A stretch of 64,000 bases of DNA from Eledone cirrhosa (GCA_964016885.1 OZ024740.1:212102001-212166000); one strand, 5' to 3'; positions 12,702 through 25,653 are shown, numbered from the stretch's first letter. Numbers and translations: made by a program. Notes: generated by a model not told the origin, from the letters alone.

Positions 12702-14142
12702 GTGGGGCATTGGACGGACGGACCGGTTAAATTGCTCGGGGTCTGGTTCAGACCAGACCTCCAGATGGAGAAAAACTGGAACGAGGTGACGAGCAGGGTG
12801 GCCTCCGTCACCCAGAAATGGGCCGAGAGGAAGCTGTCCCTGAAAGGCCGGGCGGAGGTGGCGAATGCGTACATCGCATCCGTCATCTGCTACCGCCTCA
12901 CCGTCGTCCCTTGCTCCGGCCCAACTCTCACCAAAATGGAGCGCCTTCTCTTCCGCCTTTTGTGGAAGGGACGCGCTCCCATGGTCAGACGATCCATCTG
13001 CTGTCAACACCCATTGCATGGATGACTGGGCATGCCATGGCTGATGATGCGCAAACATGCGCTGAGACTGTGACATCTCTGGTGCTTCCTTGATGGTGAA
13101 CAGGTGTGGTCGCCGTTTTCAAGGCACGTTTTCCCACAGTTCGTCTCCTTGACGGAGCTGCAGTCCTGGGTCAGGAAAAGACCGAGGGATAGCGCTTGGA
13201 AACTGGAATGTCTCCAGGCGCTCACTGCTCTCTGCCAGCTGGGCACCAGTATCGGTGGAACATCCACCTCGGCGTTCTATAGAGGACTAGTGGAGGGGAA
13301 GAGCGACGACGTTCTCGGAGAGATCCTGGGCGTCGAAGAAGATCAGCTGTTTGCTCTCTTCCGGAGAACTTTCAGCCCAGGGCCTATGGATAACTTCCAG
13401 GCACGGAAGTGCCGTCAGCCGAGCCTGTCCGAGATATGCACAGAGTGACGAAACCGTCGTGCACGCACTCGTTCAGTGCCCAAGCATTGCTGACTTGTGG
13501 AGCTATGTCGAACAGTTGCTGTCGCGTGTAGGACTGATCCGGTTGTCGACTGAGTCCATTGTGCAGATGGTCTCGCCGTCTTCCTTCGAGGAGGAAGGGC
13601 AGGCAGTTTTCATCTGACTGGTGGCTATGGCGAAAGAGATTGTGTGGTGGATAAGGGTAAAAGGGTTAAAGACAGACACTTTCCTCTTCGGCGAATCCCT
13701 AATTAACTTTTTCAAGTTTCACTTGAAGAGGAAAATCGGGGTGGAGAGGCAAGTGCTGCTTTCTAGCAAGTTTGTTGAAAGGTGGGTGAATGTAGCGAGA
13801 ATGGTCCGAGTAAACAAGACCACTCTGAATATACGTCTGTAGTTTGAGAGATGGAAAAATTGAGAGAGGGCACTTGCCCTGGTGGTCAGGGTGGCCGTGG
13901 TGTTTTGTGTGGTTTTCGCCATGAGTAACCCTCGGAGGTTTCCCCCTATTGGGGAATTTTTCATTGTTTCAATTTTCATTTTTATTGTTTATATATATGT
14001 TTCTGTCTTTTTTTTCTTTTCTTATATAAATAATAAAAATATTTACACGCACAAAACCCACATTGTACCGTCCTGTACCGTCCTGTGCTGTCTGTAATGT
14101 TTTTCTTGATGTCAGCCCTTGTGTTCAATAAAGAAATCATTA
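12700..14142 (+). mobile_element. 5'-truncated Tx1-clade LINE flanked by (ATT)n on both sides
   Basis: Near-identical to 5658-6335 and continues through the CCHC region and 3' UTR. (ATT)n at 12661-12701 and 14140-14160. Confidence 0.9.
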
Positions 14143-14160
14143 TTATTATTATTATTATTA

Positions 14161-16253
14161 CAGTTGCATTTATCTTGCTTTATGTTCATACGAGTTATCA
14201 CCAAGTCACAACCAGTGAACTCAAGAGACAACAAGGTCCGCCATGTTCAAGGAAGAACATACATACTCACACATGCATCTTTAGTGTTTAGACTTGTGAT
14301 GTACTTATATTGACAGAATCTTCCTTAGTATATGGGCAGTTCCCATTAGTACTATCTTTTGTATTTCTCCTATACGCGGGTTTCCTGGGATCTGCGATAA
14401 GTAATCATTAGACCCCTTAGGTATCATTCCCAGAGCGCCTACAACCACTGGTATTGTTTTAGTTCTCAATTTCCACATTTTTCCAATTTCTATCTCCAGA
14501 AAGTTTTGTCAACATCAGGATTGTTAGCTCGCTCTGGGTATTTTCCATACAGAGGCTTTTCTTGCCATTTCTTAGCCAGTTTCTGTAGCAGTTCTTTCTT
14601 TGCAGTTACTTTTACCTGCTTTGCTTTTTCTGTGTTTTCCATTTCAGCAGTAAATGGGACTTTTGAAATTTGTAGTCCATTACTGTATCTTTGTGCATCT
14701 TTTGTAATGGAATATGATCTTTTGATGCTTTCGTGTTTCAAAACGAGTTTGATCATCCAATCATGTGATTCCCTTAGATATGTAGATAATCCAATTGTTG
14801 CAGTTTTCAACGCAATGTCTAACTGGATTAACCTACGTCCTCCTTCTTTCCTAGGGAGATATATTCTATCTATATCTGCCTTAGGGTGATGCATTCTGTG
14901 CATGGTTAAGAATTTTCTAATTTTTGTATCGAGCCTACGGATCTCTGTGCTTGACCAGTTGATGACATTGTAACTGTAGGTTACTACTGGTATGGCAAGC
15001 GTGTTTATGGCATCGATCCTATTCCTTGCATTCAATTCCGTTCTTAAGATTGCTCTTACTCTGCGGTCACATTCCTTCCTTATCCTTTCCCTCATTGTCG
15101 AGTGCTTGATTCCGTCTCCTTCATAAACACCTAGATATTTGTAAGTTTTTTCTTGATCAAGTTCTCTTATCACGTTCCCCCGATCAAGATTAATGTCTGA
15201 ACTCTTCAGCAGCTTTCCTCTGGTGAACGTTGCTTTGGCGCATTTATCTAGTCCAAACTCCATTTTAATGTCATCACTGAACTGCTCCACAGTGGATAAT
15301 TGCCCTTGCAATTGTTCATCATTTTTTGTAAATAGTTTCAGGTCATCCATATAGAACAGGTGATTAATGGTTTTGTCATAGACTTTATATCCATGTTTTG
15401 TTTCATTGAGCATTTTACTTAATGGTATAAGTGCGATGCAGAATAAAAGCGGTGATAAAGAGTCACCCTGAAAAATTCCACAATTAATATTAACTTCTCC
15501 AGCTTCCAGTGATTTTGTTTCACTATTCAAAAGGAGTGTCGTTTTCCATGTCTTCATACTGAATGACAAAAACCTCCTGACAACGGGGGATATTTTGAAA
15601 ATCTCTAAACATTTTTCAATCCAACTGTGTGGCAAACTATCGAATGCTTTTTTATAATCTATCCAAGCAATCGATAGATTTTTGTGTCTATTATGACAAT
15701 CTTCCAGTATCATTTTGTTAACCAGAAGCTGATCCTTACAGCCATATGAGCCTCGTTTACACCCTTTCTGCTCAATGGGAAATAGGTCATTTGTTATCAG
15801 GTGGTCATATGTGTATTCAGTTAGGACTGATGTTAAAATTTTATACATTGTGGTCAAGCAAGTTATCGGTCTGTAATTTTTGGGATTGTTTGTCTCATCA
15901 TTCTTCGGAAGCAGGAATGTAATGCCGTTAACTAGCCATGATGGTATCTTTTCTGGCTCCTTAACTATTTCATTGTAAAGTTGGGCTAACAGCTCATGAG
16001 ACTCTGTGAAGGCATTTATCCAAAAGTTTTGTATTTTGTCTTTTCATTTGCTGGTTTTTCTTAGAGCCAAGCGCAACTGTTCAACTGTTATATTTTCCCA
16101 TGTTTGTTCCTCAAGGTGAGCTGTATCTTTCATTTGTCTGTCTATCCATGGGGCATGTATGTTATGAACTTTTTCTTCGGCCCAGATCTTTTCCCAGAAT
16201 TCTTGCACTTCCTCCTTGGGTGGTATTGATTTAGCAGTTATTGTTGACTTACC
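14161..16253 (-). mobile_element. R4/Dong-like element, 5'-truncated, RT present, CCHC/RLE deleted
   Basis: ORF 14490-15857 has WIDYKKAFDS, GIFQGDSLSP and FYMDD. 3' UTR matches 9632-9970. (TAA)n on both flanks. Confidence 0.9.
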
Positions 16254-16278
16254 AATTATTATTATTATTATTATTATT

Positions 16279-19200
16279 GGCGACCTACGTAGTAAATCGT
16301 ATTATCGTGAGCTCCGCAAAGGTTTGTTATTTCCGTTTGTTAAAAATTGCCATTTATGGAAAATTTTATTGTTAACTGTTTATAAGCACACATACATTGT
16401 TTTCCGAAAAGGACACCCAAAAAGATTGGGGCCTTGTGCCCAAAATTTTAACTTTTATTATTATCCAAAAATTTCTTTGAAAAAAAATGGCTAATTCCCC
16501 TCTGCACGAAGCAGCTGAAAGCCTTCCTCACAAAATAACACCTCACACCGACACCACCATTGTAAATGTTACTACGTTTGCCAACACAAAAAAAAAATAT
16601 AAGCAGTAGCAATATTTTAAATTTGTCTCAGGCAGACATTCATTTCCCGCCATTACCAATGACTGCAGGTGTTAAAGCCTCCACCACCACCACCACCGCG
16701 ACAACCACCACCCCCACCACCACCGCGACAACAGAAACAAAAGAAGAAAAAAATAAATTAACTTGTGATGTCGAAATGAAATTAAGCAAGATGGACTCTT
16801 CCGCAGCAAAGACGACTGACGTCACCACCACCACAACTGAAACTAAAATTAAGATTAACACAAATAACGATAGCAACAACAACAACAATGACATTATAAA
16901 ACCGACCCTCAGTTTCGCCATCGTAGCAAAACAATTCGAAGCGTTCACGGTAACTCAAGAGGATTTAGAAAATGCCAAACAAATGGTAAAGAAAGATGAG
17001 TACAGGGTCAGCCTCACCCCCCCCCCACCTAATAAAATGGAGCATCGGCGCCTATGCACCGTGTCGTATAAAACAATAAATGTAAAATCGCGCTGAGTGG
17101 AACGGGCATCCGAGTCCCAAATCCAAAAAGCTTTGGGACATGTGTGGGCAAGAAAAACCCACATCAGACGTGGGTAAAAGTATGGAACCGTGGATGTGTT
17201 CTTTGAAACACCAGAGGAGGCTAGAGAACACTCCATGGCCCCATTAAAAAGTGACGACTTCACACTCGTCCCAAGCTATTGTGGCCAGAGACTCGTAAAG
17301 ATCAGGGTGACCCACGTTCCACCGGCCATCGAAATTCCCTGGCTAATAGCGGCTGTCCTCGCCGGCATCGAAGCCAACACGAAAATAATAGCAATAGCAA
17401 AAGAAAAGCAGGAAAACTGGTCCGGATCTGGGATGGAGCTCCTAATCCAAGCGGACCAAAAAAGCATTGAGGAGATCCCAGAGGTAATAGACCTCACTGA
17501 CGGCAGCCACCTCACGGTAATTGTCGAGGGCAGAAGACCTAGGTGTGTCGTTTGTGGTGAAGGAACCCACCTAAGGGCTTTCTGCCCTCAGGCTAAAAGG
17601 TTGAGGCCACCTCTCCTACCCACCCCAGTGACACAACCATCAACACCACCAGTAGCAGAGATGGCAGCAACAACAGTAGCAGCAACAACAGAAGCAACTA
17701 TAACAGCAACAACCCCAGCAACAGTAGCAAAACCAACACCACTACCACCACCAGCAAAACCAACACCACCACCACCCAATGCTTCAGAACTAGCACCAGC
17801 GCCTACACCATCCACCACGCCACAACCAAAACTAACGGCTGTGGAGGATTTTCCACTCCCCGGCCTATCACAACTGGAGACAGATTGTGACGACAAGGAG
17901 TGGGAAACGATATCCGGAAAAAAAAAAGAAACCAAAAAAGAAAAAATTCTCTTCCTTCCCCCTCCAAAAACAAAATACAGAGGGAAACAAATAAATTAAG
18001 AAACAAAAAAGTTAGGACAGATATGCCACCATCCACACCAGCATCACCAACCCCATCAACCCAAACACCAACACCATCACCATCATTAACCCCAACACCA
18101 CCATCACCTACACCACAAAAGTCACCAAAATGCGAAACAGAAACAAACCCACAACAAACGCAAACAAAACAAAACAACCAAAACGATACACACTACACAG
18201 CATTAAATTTGAACAACAAGCAATTATTACACTACATCCAACACAACACCAGCATCACAGAAAAAGACTACACAACAACCCCAAAATTCACACCACCTCC
18301 ACACATACAAATCACTCGCATCACACAGAAAACGTACATGACACTAACAAAAAATTCCCCAAAGACATCGGAGACTTCCGACAAGCACTCTCCAGGAGGA
18401 TTTATAAGGACATCCTTCCTGAGGAGGCCACAAGCAGTGAAAAGGATGGAAAAACCGTCCTTCCCCTACGAGAAGTAAGGTAAGTGGTCTTTCCCATCTT
18501 TTCCACTCCTTTTCAACATGACCTCACTCAGAATAGGCAGCATAAATGCGCGTGGCTTGGGGTCGTCATGGGAGCAGGGCCACCTGCTCAACGACCTCAG
18601 GTCACTAAACATAGATGTAGTGGCCATCAGCGAGACCAGAATCTCCGAAGCACAGGCTTTCGCACCGAACTTCGGCGGCTACGATGTGTACGCATCTCCC
18701 AGCCGTCCGGGATCGGGGGGAGGAGTTGCTGTGCTTTTTCGGAGAGGTTTGGATCTTGCCATACGGGCCATCTTCCTGGACCCAGAAGGTAAGTTGGTGG
18801 TGATGGACGTGACCAGCGGAGACGGGCAAGCTTTCAGGTTAGTGGCCGTCTATGCCCCGACAGGAGCAGGGTGGCCTGATTTCTTCCGGCGTCTGGAGAC
18901 CTTTCTTGGAACGTCCCGCTCTTTAGTGTTAGTGGGCGACTGGAACGGGATCTTAGATGCACGCTGGGATTGTGTGGGATTAGTGGATAGGGAAGGAGGG
19001 TGCAAGAGTCTCACCAACCCGCTCAGACGTTTTGAACTGTCTGACAGGTACCGAATGGATTTCCCGAATGTACCAATGTGGACTTGGACAAATCGCATAG
19101 GGTCATCCAGATCATAACTAGATAGAGTATTTTGTAGGGAAATAGATAGGTCCAGCATAGGCTGTCCACAATTCAAGATAGTCAGCTACACGGACCACAA

Positions 19201-22180
19201 ATTCCTGATCTGTGTGCTTGACTTAGATAGGCTTCATAGACAAGGACCCGGCTACTGGAAGCTAAACGCGTCCTTACCAGCGCGCAAGGCCTACAGAGAC
19301 CGGATTAGCGAACTAGTTAAGCGGGCGTTGACGGGGGCCATCGTCAACAACAAGTGGTGGTTTGCTCTGAAAAGAGCAATTAGAATACACTCCATTAGGT
19401 TTAGTAAGACTTTAGCAATAGAGAAAAATAGAGCAGAGGGAGAATTAGTTAGAAAATTAGATGAGGCGCTTAGCAAAGGCATCGCGACCGACGTACTTGC
19501 GGCGAAATTGGCCCTTAACCAATTCTTCAATGCAGAGCACGAAGGCTGTGTTGTCAGAGCTAGGGTGCGTGCTCTCAGGCACAAGGGGACAAAAGCCGTT
19601 CAATGGGCCCGAGTGGTGGAGGCGCGTCGTGGCAACAAAGCCACGATCCGGTCTTTGGTGGACCACGACGGGCGCATGCTACTCGATCCCGGGCAAATGT
19701 GTGAAGCTTTTCAGCGACACTTCACTCAACTGTTCGGGGGCAGTGGCGGGCCGGATCGAGGGATGGACTTTAGTGTCTACCTCGACGGACTGCCGCGGCT
19801 TTCGGCCACTGAGGCGGAGTATTGCGAAAAGCCGATAACAACCGCTGAAGTACGGGATGCAATGACTAGTTGCACAAGGGGTAAATCGCCTGGTTTGGAT
19901 GGTCTGCCCTATGAACTTTACGTACAAATGCCAAACTTGTTCGGAGGCCTCTTGGCGGACGTCTACTGCAACTGGCAACAGAACGGGAGAATTCCCAGCT
20001 CTGTGAGCCGAGGAGCGGTGGCGCTGCTGAGAAAGGATCCGAACAAGGGGGATAACATAGATAATTTTAGGCCCATAACTCTGCTAAAGACAGAGTTCAA
20101 GATTTTGGCCAAGGTGCTAGCAAAGAGGTTGGCGCTTGTCGTTGGCGGTCTGGTGGGAGAGGCACAGACATGCGCCATTCCCGACAGATCCATCCACGAC
20201 AACCTCCACCTCATGCGATACATCGTAGAGAGGGTAGCTAGGGAACCTGGCACGGGTGGGTCTTTGATCAATTTAGATCAGTCGAAAGCCTTCGATAGGG
20301 TCGACCATCGTTACCTAGCGGCAGTCCTGAGGGCGGCTGGCTTTGGGCCCGTCTTCAGAGGCTGGATCGCTGCCATGCACAGCGACATCTGCTCTGTAGT
20401 GAGAGTGAACGGTCACCTTTCGGAACCGTTCAACATCATGCGCTCGGTCCGCCAAGGATGTCCCCTCTCGTCCCTATTGTACGTATTGACTCTCGAGCCA
20501 TTACTGCACAAACTGGAGACGTTGAGGGGGGTCCCGCGCGAACTAGGATGCGGGAGATCCGTGTCAGCATATGCCGACGATGTCACCATAGTGGTGTCGA
20601 ACGCCAAACACATCGAGGCGATCGGCACTACACTAAAGGAATACGAAGCGGTGACAGGAGCAATGATCAACCAGGAAAAGTCAGTGGGCCTGCAGCTCGG
20701 CACCTGGAGAGGCAGGTCCATGCCGTCCAACAGCGTCGTCGGGCGCTGGACGGACGGACCGGTTAAATTGCTAGGGGTCTGGTTCGGTCCAGACCTCCAG
20801 ACGGACAAAAACTGGGACGAGGTGACGAGCAGGGTGGCTTCTCTCACCCAGAAATGGGCCGAGAGGAAGCTATCCCTGAAAGGTCGAGCGGAGGTGGCGA
20901 ATGCGTACATCGCATCCGTCATCTACTACCGCCTGACCGTCGTACCTTGTCCTAAGCCCCGCCTGACTGCGCTGGAGCGTTTGCTCTTTCGCTTCTTGTG
21001 GAAAGGATGCGCTCCGATGGTCAGGCGGTCCATCTGCTGTCAACACCCGCTACGTGGAGGGCTGGGCATGCCATGGCTGATGATGCGCAGACACGCGCTC
21101 AGGCTACGACATCTCCACCTCTTCCTCGACGGTGATCAGGTGTGGTCGCCGTTTGCTAGATGCGTTTTTCCCCAGCTCGTCTCCTTGACGGAGCTGCAGT
21201 CCTGGGTCAAGCGAAGACCGAGAGGGAGCGCTTGGAGACTGGAATGTCTTCAGGCGCTCACAGCCCTCGACCAATCGGGCAATGTGATCGGTGGAAACTC
21301 CACCTTGGCATTCTATAGGGGATTAGTGGAGGGGAAGAGCGACGACGTACTTGGAGAAACTCTCGGCGTCGACGAAAATCAACTAGCCAATCTCTTCGGA
21401 AGGACTTTCGGGCCGGGGCCTATGGACAACTTCCAGAAATCCCTGGCCTGGCAGTGCTACCGAGGAGCTTTGCCAGTTCGGGATAAACTCTACAGGCATG
21501 GAGGTGCCGTCAGTCGGGCATGTCCGAGATGCGCGCAGGGCGACGAAACCGTCCTGCACGCACTCGTCCAGTGTCCGAGCATTGCTGACTTGTGGGTTTA
21601 TGTCGAACACCTGCTGTCACGTGTAGGACGGATCCAGCTATCAGCTGAGTCCATCGTGAGGATTGCCCCGCCCCCTTCCTTTAGCCGGGAAGGGCAGGCA
21701 GTTTTTATCTGTCTGGTGGCCATGGCGAAAGAGATAGTATGGTGGACACGTTTGAAAGGGCTGAAGACGAGCACTTACCTCTTCGGTGATGCCCTGATTA
21801 ACTTTTTCAAATTTCATTTGAAAAGGAAAATCAGGGTAGAGAGGGAAGTGCTCTCTTCCCAGCATTTTGTTGAAAGATGGGTGAGAGAAGCAAGTATGGC
21901 TCGAATGAATGGGCCTTCTCTGAGTATGTGTCTGTAAATTAAAGGTGGAAAACTGGGAGAGGGCACTTGCCCTGGTGGTCAGGGCCACTGTGGTCTTTTA
22001 ATGGGCTTTCTCCACAAATGTCCCTCGGAAGTCTCCCCCCTATTGGGGAATTTTTCTTTGTTATTTTATTTCATCCTCTGTTTTTTTTACACGCAGAAAT
22101 GCCCATTTGTACCGTCCTGTATTGTCCTGTACTGTCCTTAATGTCTACTTTATGTAAACCCTTGTGGTTAATAAAGAAAA

Positions 22181-22182
<2 letters not shown>
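16279..22182 (+). mobile_element. Near full-length L1/Tx1-clade LINE
   Basis: 5' UTR, disrupted ORF1 (16566-18483) with CVVCGEGTHLRAFC knuckle, ORF2, and a 3' UTR ending AATAAAGAAAACATT(ATT)n. (ATT)n also lies 5' at 16255-16278. Confidence 0.95.
18518..21937 (+). pseudogene. Tx1 ORF2 (APE-RT-CCHC), single premature stop
   Basis: ORFs 18518-19117 and 19214-21937 are in the same frame; the only interruption is TAA at 19115-19117 (SRS*LDRV). Motifs GDWNG, TDH, QGCPLS, YADD and CPRCAQGDETVLHALVQC are present. Confidence 0.93.
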
Positions 22183-22217
<35 letters not shown>

Positions 22218-22516
22218 TCAGGTAAGAATCAAGCATAAAGATTTGTTAAAAAGCGAAAGACAATTTAGTGAAAATGGAACCTAAACTGACATTTGGAATT
22301 GATGACAACCTAAACCTAGAGGTAATTCTTTGTTGTATTTGCATTTGACAAACACAGACATCTGTACAGAGCCATTGAGAGAAATTTTGTAAGGTGGAAT
22401 AAGAGAGATTTTTGTAAAGTGGAATAAGAATGCTTTAGAGCCCTGGGAAGGTGGGGGTCTGCTCACATTCAAGGGTGTTCAGAGGTGTTATTTTTCATGG
22501 AAAGGAGGGTGTCATA

Positions 22517-22602
22517 TATTTCCAGACATTTCTTTGGTTCTCCAGGACCCAGACTAACGTATTTCCAGACATTTCTTTGACTCTCCAGGACCCAGACTAA
22601 CG
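22517..22602. repeat. Two-copy tandem duplication, ~43-bp unit
   Basis: TATTTCCAGACATTTCTTTG..TCTCCAGGACCCAGACTAACG occurs twice. Confidence 0.85.
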
Positions 22603-22959
22603 CACTGACTGAATTCCACTGTTACAGGTCTAACATCTTTGTGTATATTTTGGTTAGTTAATCCCATTCCATTTTAAAACATTCAGAACTTATCACAATA
22701 GCAGGAACAGGAACAGCAGAAAGAGTAGCTGTTGTTATTGTTGTTTCCCTCAAGGCATTGTGTAGACCTATAATCAAAATCATTCCAGCCTTGACCATCC
22801 TGTATTATTGGAGCCATCTAAGATTCCATTGTTTAACTATTTCTTTTACCATATTTCTAACAAAAGATACTGCTTATGATTTACAATTAATTTTGAAAAT
22901 AATCAAGAATTTTGAAGTATTTAGTAATATATCTAACTTGCTTATTATTAAGCCTGTGT

Positions 22960-23026
22960 ACCCCCAATGTCCCCATCTATTGTCTTGTCCGCTATATGTA
23001 GGCTCTTGTGGCCAATAAAGAAATTG
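22960..23026 (+). mobile_element. Extremely 5'-truncated Tx1-like 3' end with 15-bp TSD
   Basis: CTCTTGTGGCCAATAAAGAAA resembles the Tx1 termini. TTATTAAGCCTGTGT is duplicated at 22945-22959 and 23027-23041. Confidence 0.65.
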
Positions 23027-23107
23027 TTATTAAGCCTGTGTGATACAGATGGAGTGACAGAATTGTTTGAGTGTAGGAAAAAGTTTTTGCATTATTTAGT
23101 TATGACT

Positions 23108-23294
23108 AAGGGCGGTGGATTGGCAGTACCGGTAGAGGGTCGGACGCCATGCTTTGACGCATAGTTACGGCCCTTGCCATTCTGAGTTCAAATCCCACCC
23201 AGGTTAACTTTGCCTTTCATCCTTACGGGGTCGATAAAATAAAGTACCAGTAATGTACTGGGTAATTGCTGGTCTTGTGCCAAAAGTAGAAACA
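23108..23294 (+). mobile_element. Young tRNA-SINE inserted into an older copy of the family (~23050-23468)
   Basis: A box TGGCAGTACCGG and B box GAGTTCAAATCC. TSD ATTATTTAGTTATGACT at 23091-23107 and 23295-23311. Confidence 0.9.
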
Positions 23295-23489
23295 ATTATT
23301 TAGTTATGACTCTCTATATTCTGAGTTCAAATCCAGTGAAGGTCAACTTTGCTTTTCATCCTTTGGGATTCAATAAAATAAAATACCAGTTAAGTACTGA
23401 GTCGATATAATCAAATTTCCTCCTCCCCTAAATTTCTAACCTTGTACCATTGTTAGAAAGAATTATTAAGCTGGTATTTGGAACATAAC

Positions 23490-23830
23490 TCAACAGTGGA
23501 GACTTCTGGTGTCTTTGGCCCTAAGACCACCTACCTGCTCACACCATCAACCCATAGTTGGCTACCCGTAGCAGTGGAGACTTCTGGTATCCTTGACCCT
23601 AGGACCAACTCGCTACTCACCACCATCGGCACAGAGTTGGCTACCCATAGCAATGTAGTTTTCTGGTGTCGTTGGTCCTAGGACCAACTCCCTACTCACC
23701 AGCATTAGCACGTAGTTGGCTACCCACAGGTGGGAAGCTCACCAGCTGGAATGGCTGCTCTTCCAGTGCGTCTCCCTCACCATCCTCCTGGGAAATTCCT
23801 TCTCTATTTTGTCCACGGGGCTGCAGGGTG
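23490..23830 (+). mobile_element. CRE-like RLE LINE C-terminal fragment with internal tandem repeats
   Basis: VETSG(V/I)xxP motif repeated about three times, then LEWLLFQCVSLTILLGNSFSIL; homologous to 55345-55620. Confidence 0.6.
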
Positions 23831-24208
23831 GCCTGTGCATGGGCCTCCATTTGCTTATATTAGTGAGAGATGGGGAGAGCAAGAGAGATGGAGGCAGTGA
23901 CTATACCAGCATTGCTGAAGTATTTTGTAGATTTAAAGGTTAAGTAATTTTACACTAACAGTAACGACAGTAGTTCTTTAACTATCTCTATATGTGGAAT
24001 CAGATCAAAGCACTCAACAAAAGCTCATACATAAAATTATCATAGAAGGTTTTTAGATAAAAATAAACATTCATCTGAGATTTTTTAATATACACTGTGT
24101 TGTTATATATAATATACACTATGTTATATATAATATACACTGTGTTGTACATTACTAGTTATATATAATATATGTTATATATAGTTGTTATATATAATTA
24201 TTTTGAAG

Positions 24209-24280
24209 GTAGTTGATGTGACAAAAATCTGTGTATCCAGTGCTACTGACTCTCTTTTACTGAACAAGAATCGAATACGA
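24209..24280 (+). CDS. CCDC13: Host gene exon (CCDC13-like), phase 0-0: VVDVTKICVSSATDSLLLNKNRIR
   Basis: ttattttgaag acceptor and gtaagt donor; 72 nt open frame that joins the next exon in frame (NRIR|GLKDENGRL). Confidence 0.6.
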
Positions 24281-24312
24281 GTAAGTATTTGCATATATTA
24301 CTTTGTTACATA

Positions 24313-24729
24313 CTCTTGGGTCTCAATTAATCGTTCCCCTACCCTTATTCATTTTCAGATCCGCCCCCTACCCCGCCCCACTCTTTTATTCCACCCCATT
24401 CCAACCTACCCCTTATTATATTTTGCTAATCTATCTCCGGTGAAATTATATTTTAAGTGGTAGCATTCCTGTGACAATTAATTTTCTTTAGACATTAAAA
24501 AACATATGACATGACAAAGAGAAGTACATTACTAGAAATCTCATGTTATAATAAATAGGAAGGGTTGGGGTTTGAATATGTAAACTAAATGACTTATTCT
24601 GGTTTTTAAAAATATCAATGGAGAAAAATGACTGATTCCCCTCCACCTGTACACTTATTCCAACTCCCATGCTTATTCCACCCAACCACAACTTATTCCA
24701 AGCCACCCCTATTATTTGGGACCCGAGAG
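24313..24729. mobile_element. MITE with TA flanks; relatives at 41558-41930 and partially 32500-32740
   Basis: TIRs CTCTTGGGTCTCAATTAAT / ATTATTTGGGACCCGAGAG flanked by TA; shared internal TAGCATTCCTGTGACAATTAATTTTCTTTAGACATT. Confidence 0.75.
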
Positions 24730-25464
24730 TAGATAAAAAAAACTTTTGATATACAAAGGAGAAGAAACAGCATTGTAAGGGGTGAGAATTTGCTTCAACT
24801 AGAAATAGAAACTGTATTGTGGGCTAAATGCTGCTGCTGCCGCTGCTGCTGCTACCATTGCTGTTGTTGCTGCTGCTGCTTCTTTTCTTCTTCTTCGTCT
24901 TCTTCTTCTTCTTCTTCGTTTTCTTCTCATCATTTTAGTGATATCAGTTGTGCATTCTTGCAGTCGTTTCCAGGAGTTAATCAAATTTTGTAGGGTTGGT
25001 CCCTCACTGTATTTAGCACATTCCTCCTCCATTTGTTGGTCAATATCCTGATATTTTTGTTCATTGGAGGTAGCTCTTAATTTTAAGAGTTCTATTTCCA
25101 TATTCATTTTGTTGAGTGACATTTGTTCGCGTAGTTTCCTTTGTTGTTCAGGCTCATTAGTTATGGGTTTTATTTGGAATTTATGGGGTAAGATTAGTGG
25201 TGTGGAGTTGATCCAGTTTTCATAGATTCCAGCTTTGTTCATATTTTTCACCATATTCCAAAGAGTGAATTTTCTTGTTTTCAATTGTTTTTTTTTTTCA
25301 AAAGTGTCAGATTTTGTTTTTAATTAAGGTGTTCGCTCTAACATAGCTGTATATATCAATAGGATAGATTAAGCATGGCACAGTGTAAGATAAGACTGAC
25401 ATTTTTAATTTACAGGCACAATTATTTTTTTCCAGCTGAGTGGCTTTGAGTAACATGAAATAAT

Positions 25465-25653
25465 TGTTTCTACTTTTGGCACAAGGCCAGCTATTATTCC
25501 AGTGCATTACTGGTACTTTATTTTATCGACCCCGTAAGGATGAAAGGCAAAGTTAACCTCGGCGGGATTTGAACTCAGATCATAAAGGGAGGTAACTCTA
25601 TGCTTCAAAGCATGGCGTCCGACCCTTACCGATACTGCCAATCCACCGCCCTT
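25465..25653 (-). mobile_element. tRNA-SINE with 16-bp TSD
   Basis: AGTAACATGAAATAAT at 25449-25464 and 25654-25669; the paralogous site near 37385 is empty. Confidence 0.92.

Noticed and set aside
22200-22284. Possible upstream host exon or splice site at TTTCAG|GTAAG after the ATT tract
   Set aside because: Short frame ending in a stop, no recognisable similarity, and ambiguous between acceptor and donor.
23111-23200. tRNA gene candidates here and at 36000-36070
   Set aside because: A/B boxes run into SINE bodies with tails or TSDs; I could not fold a complete cloverleaf.
24799-25284. 161-aa ORF duplicated at 37563 as a possible host gene
   Set aside because: It continues into PLE-like sequence at 37.9-38.9 kb, and the poly-R/poly-A tail comes from a microsatellite.
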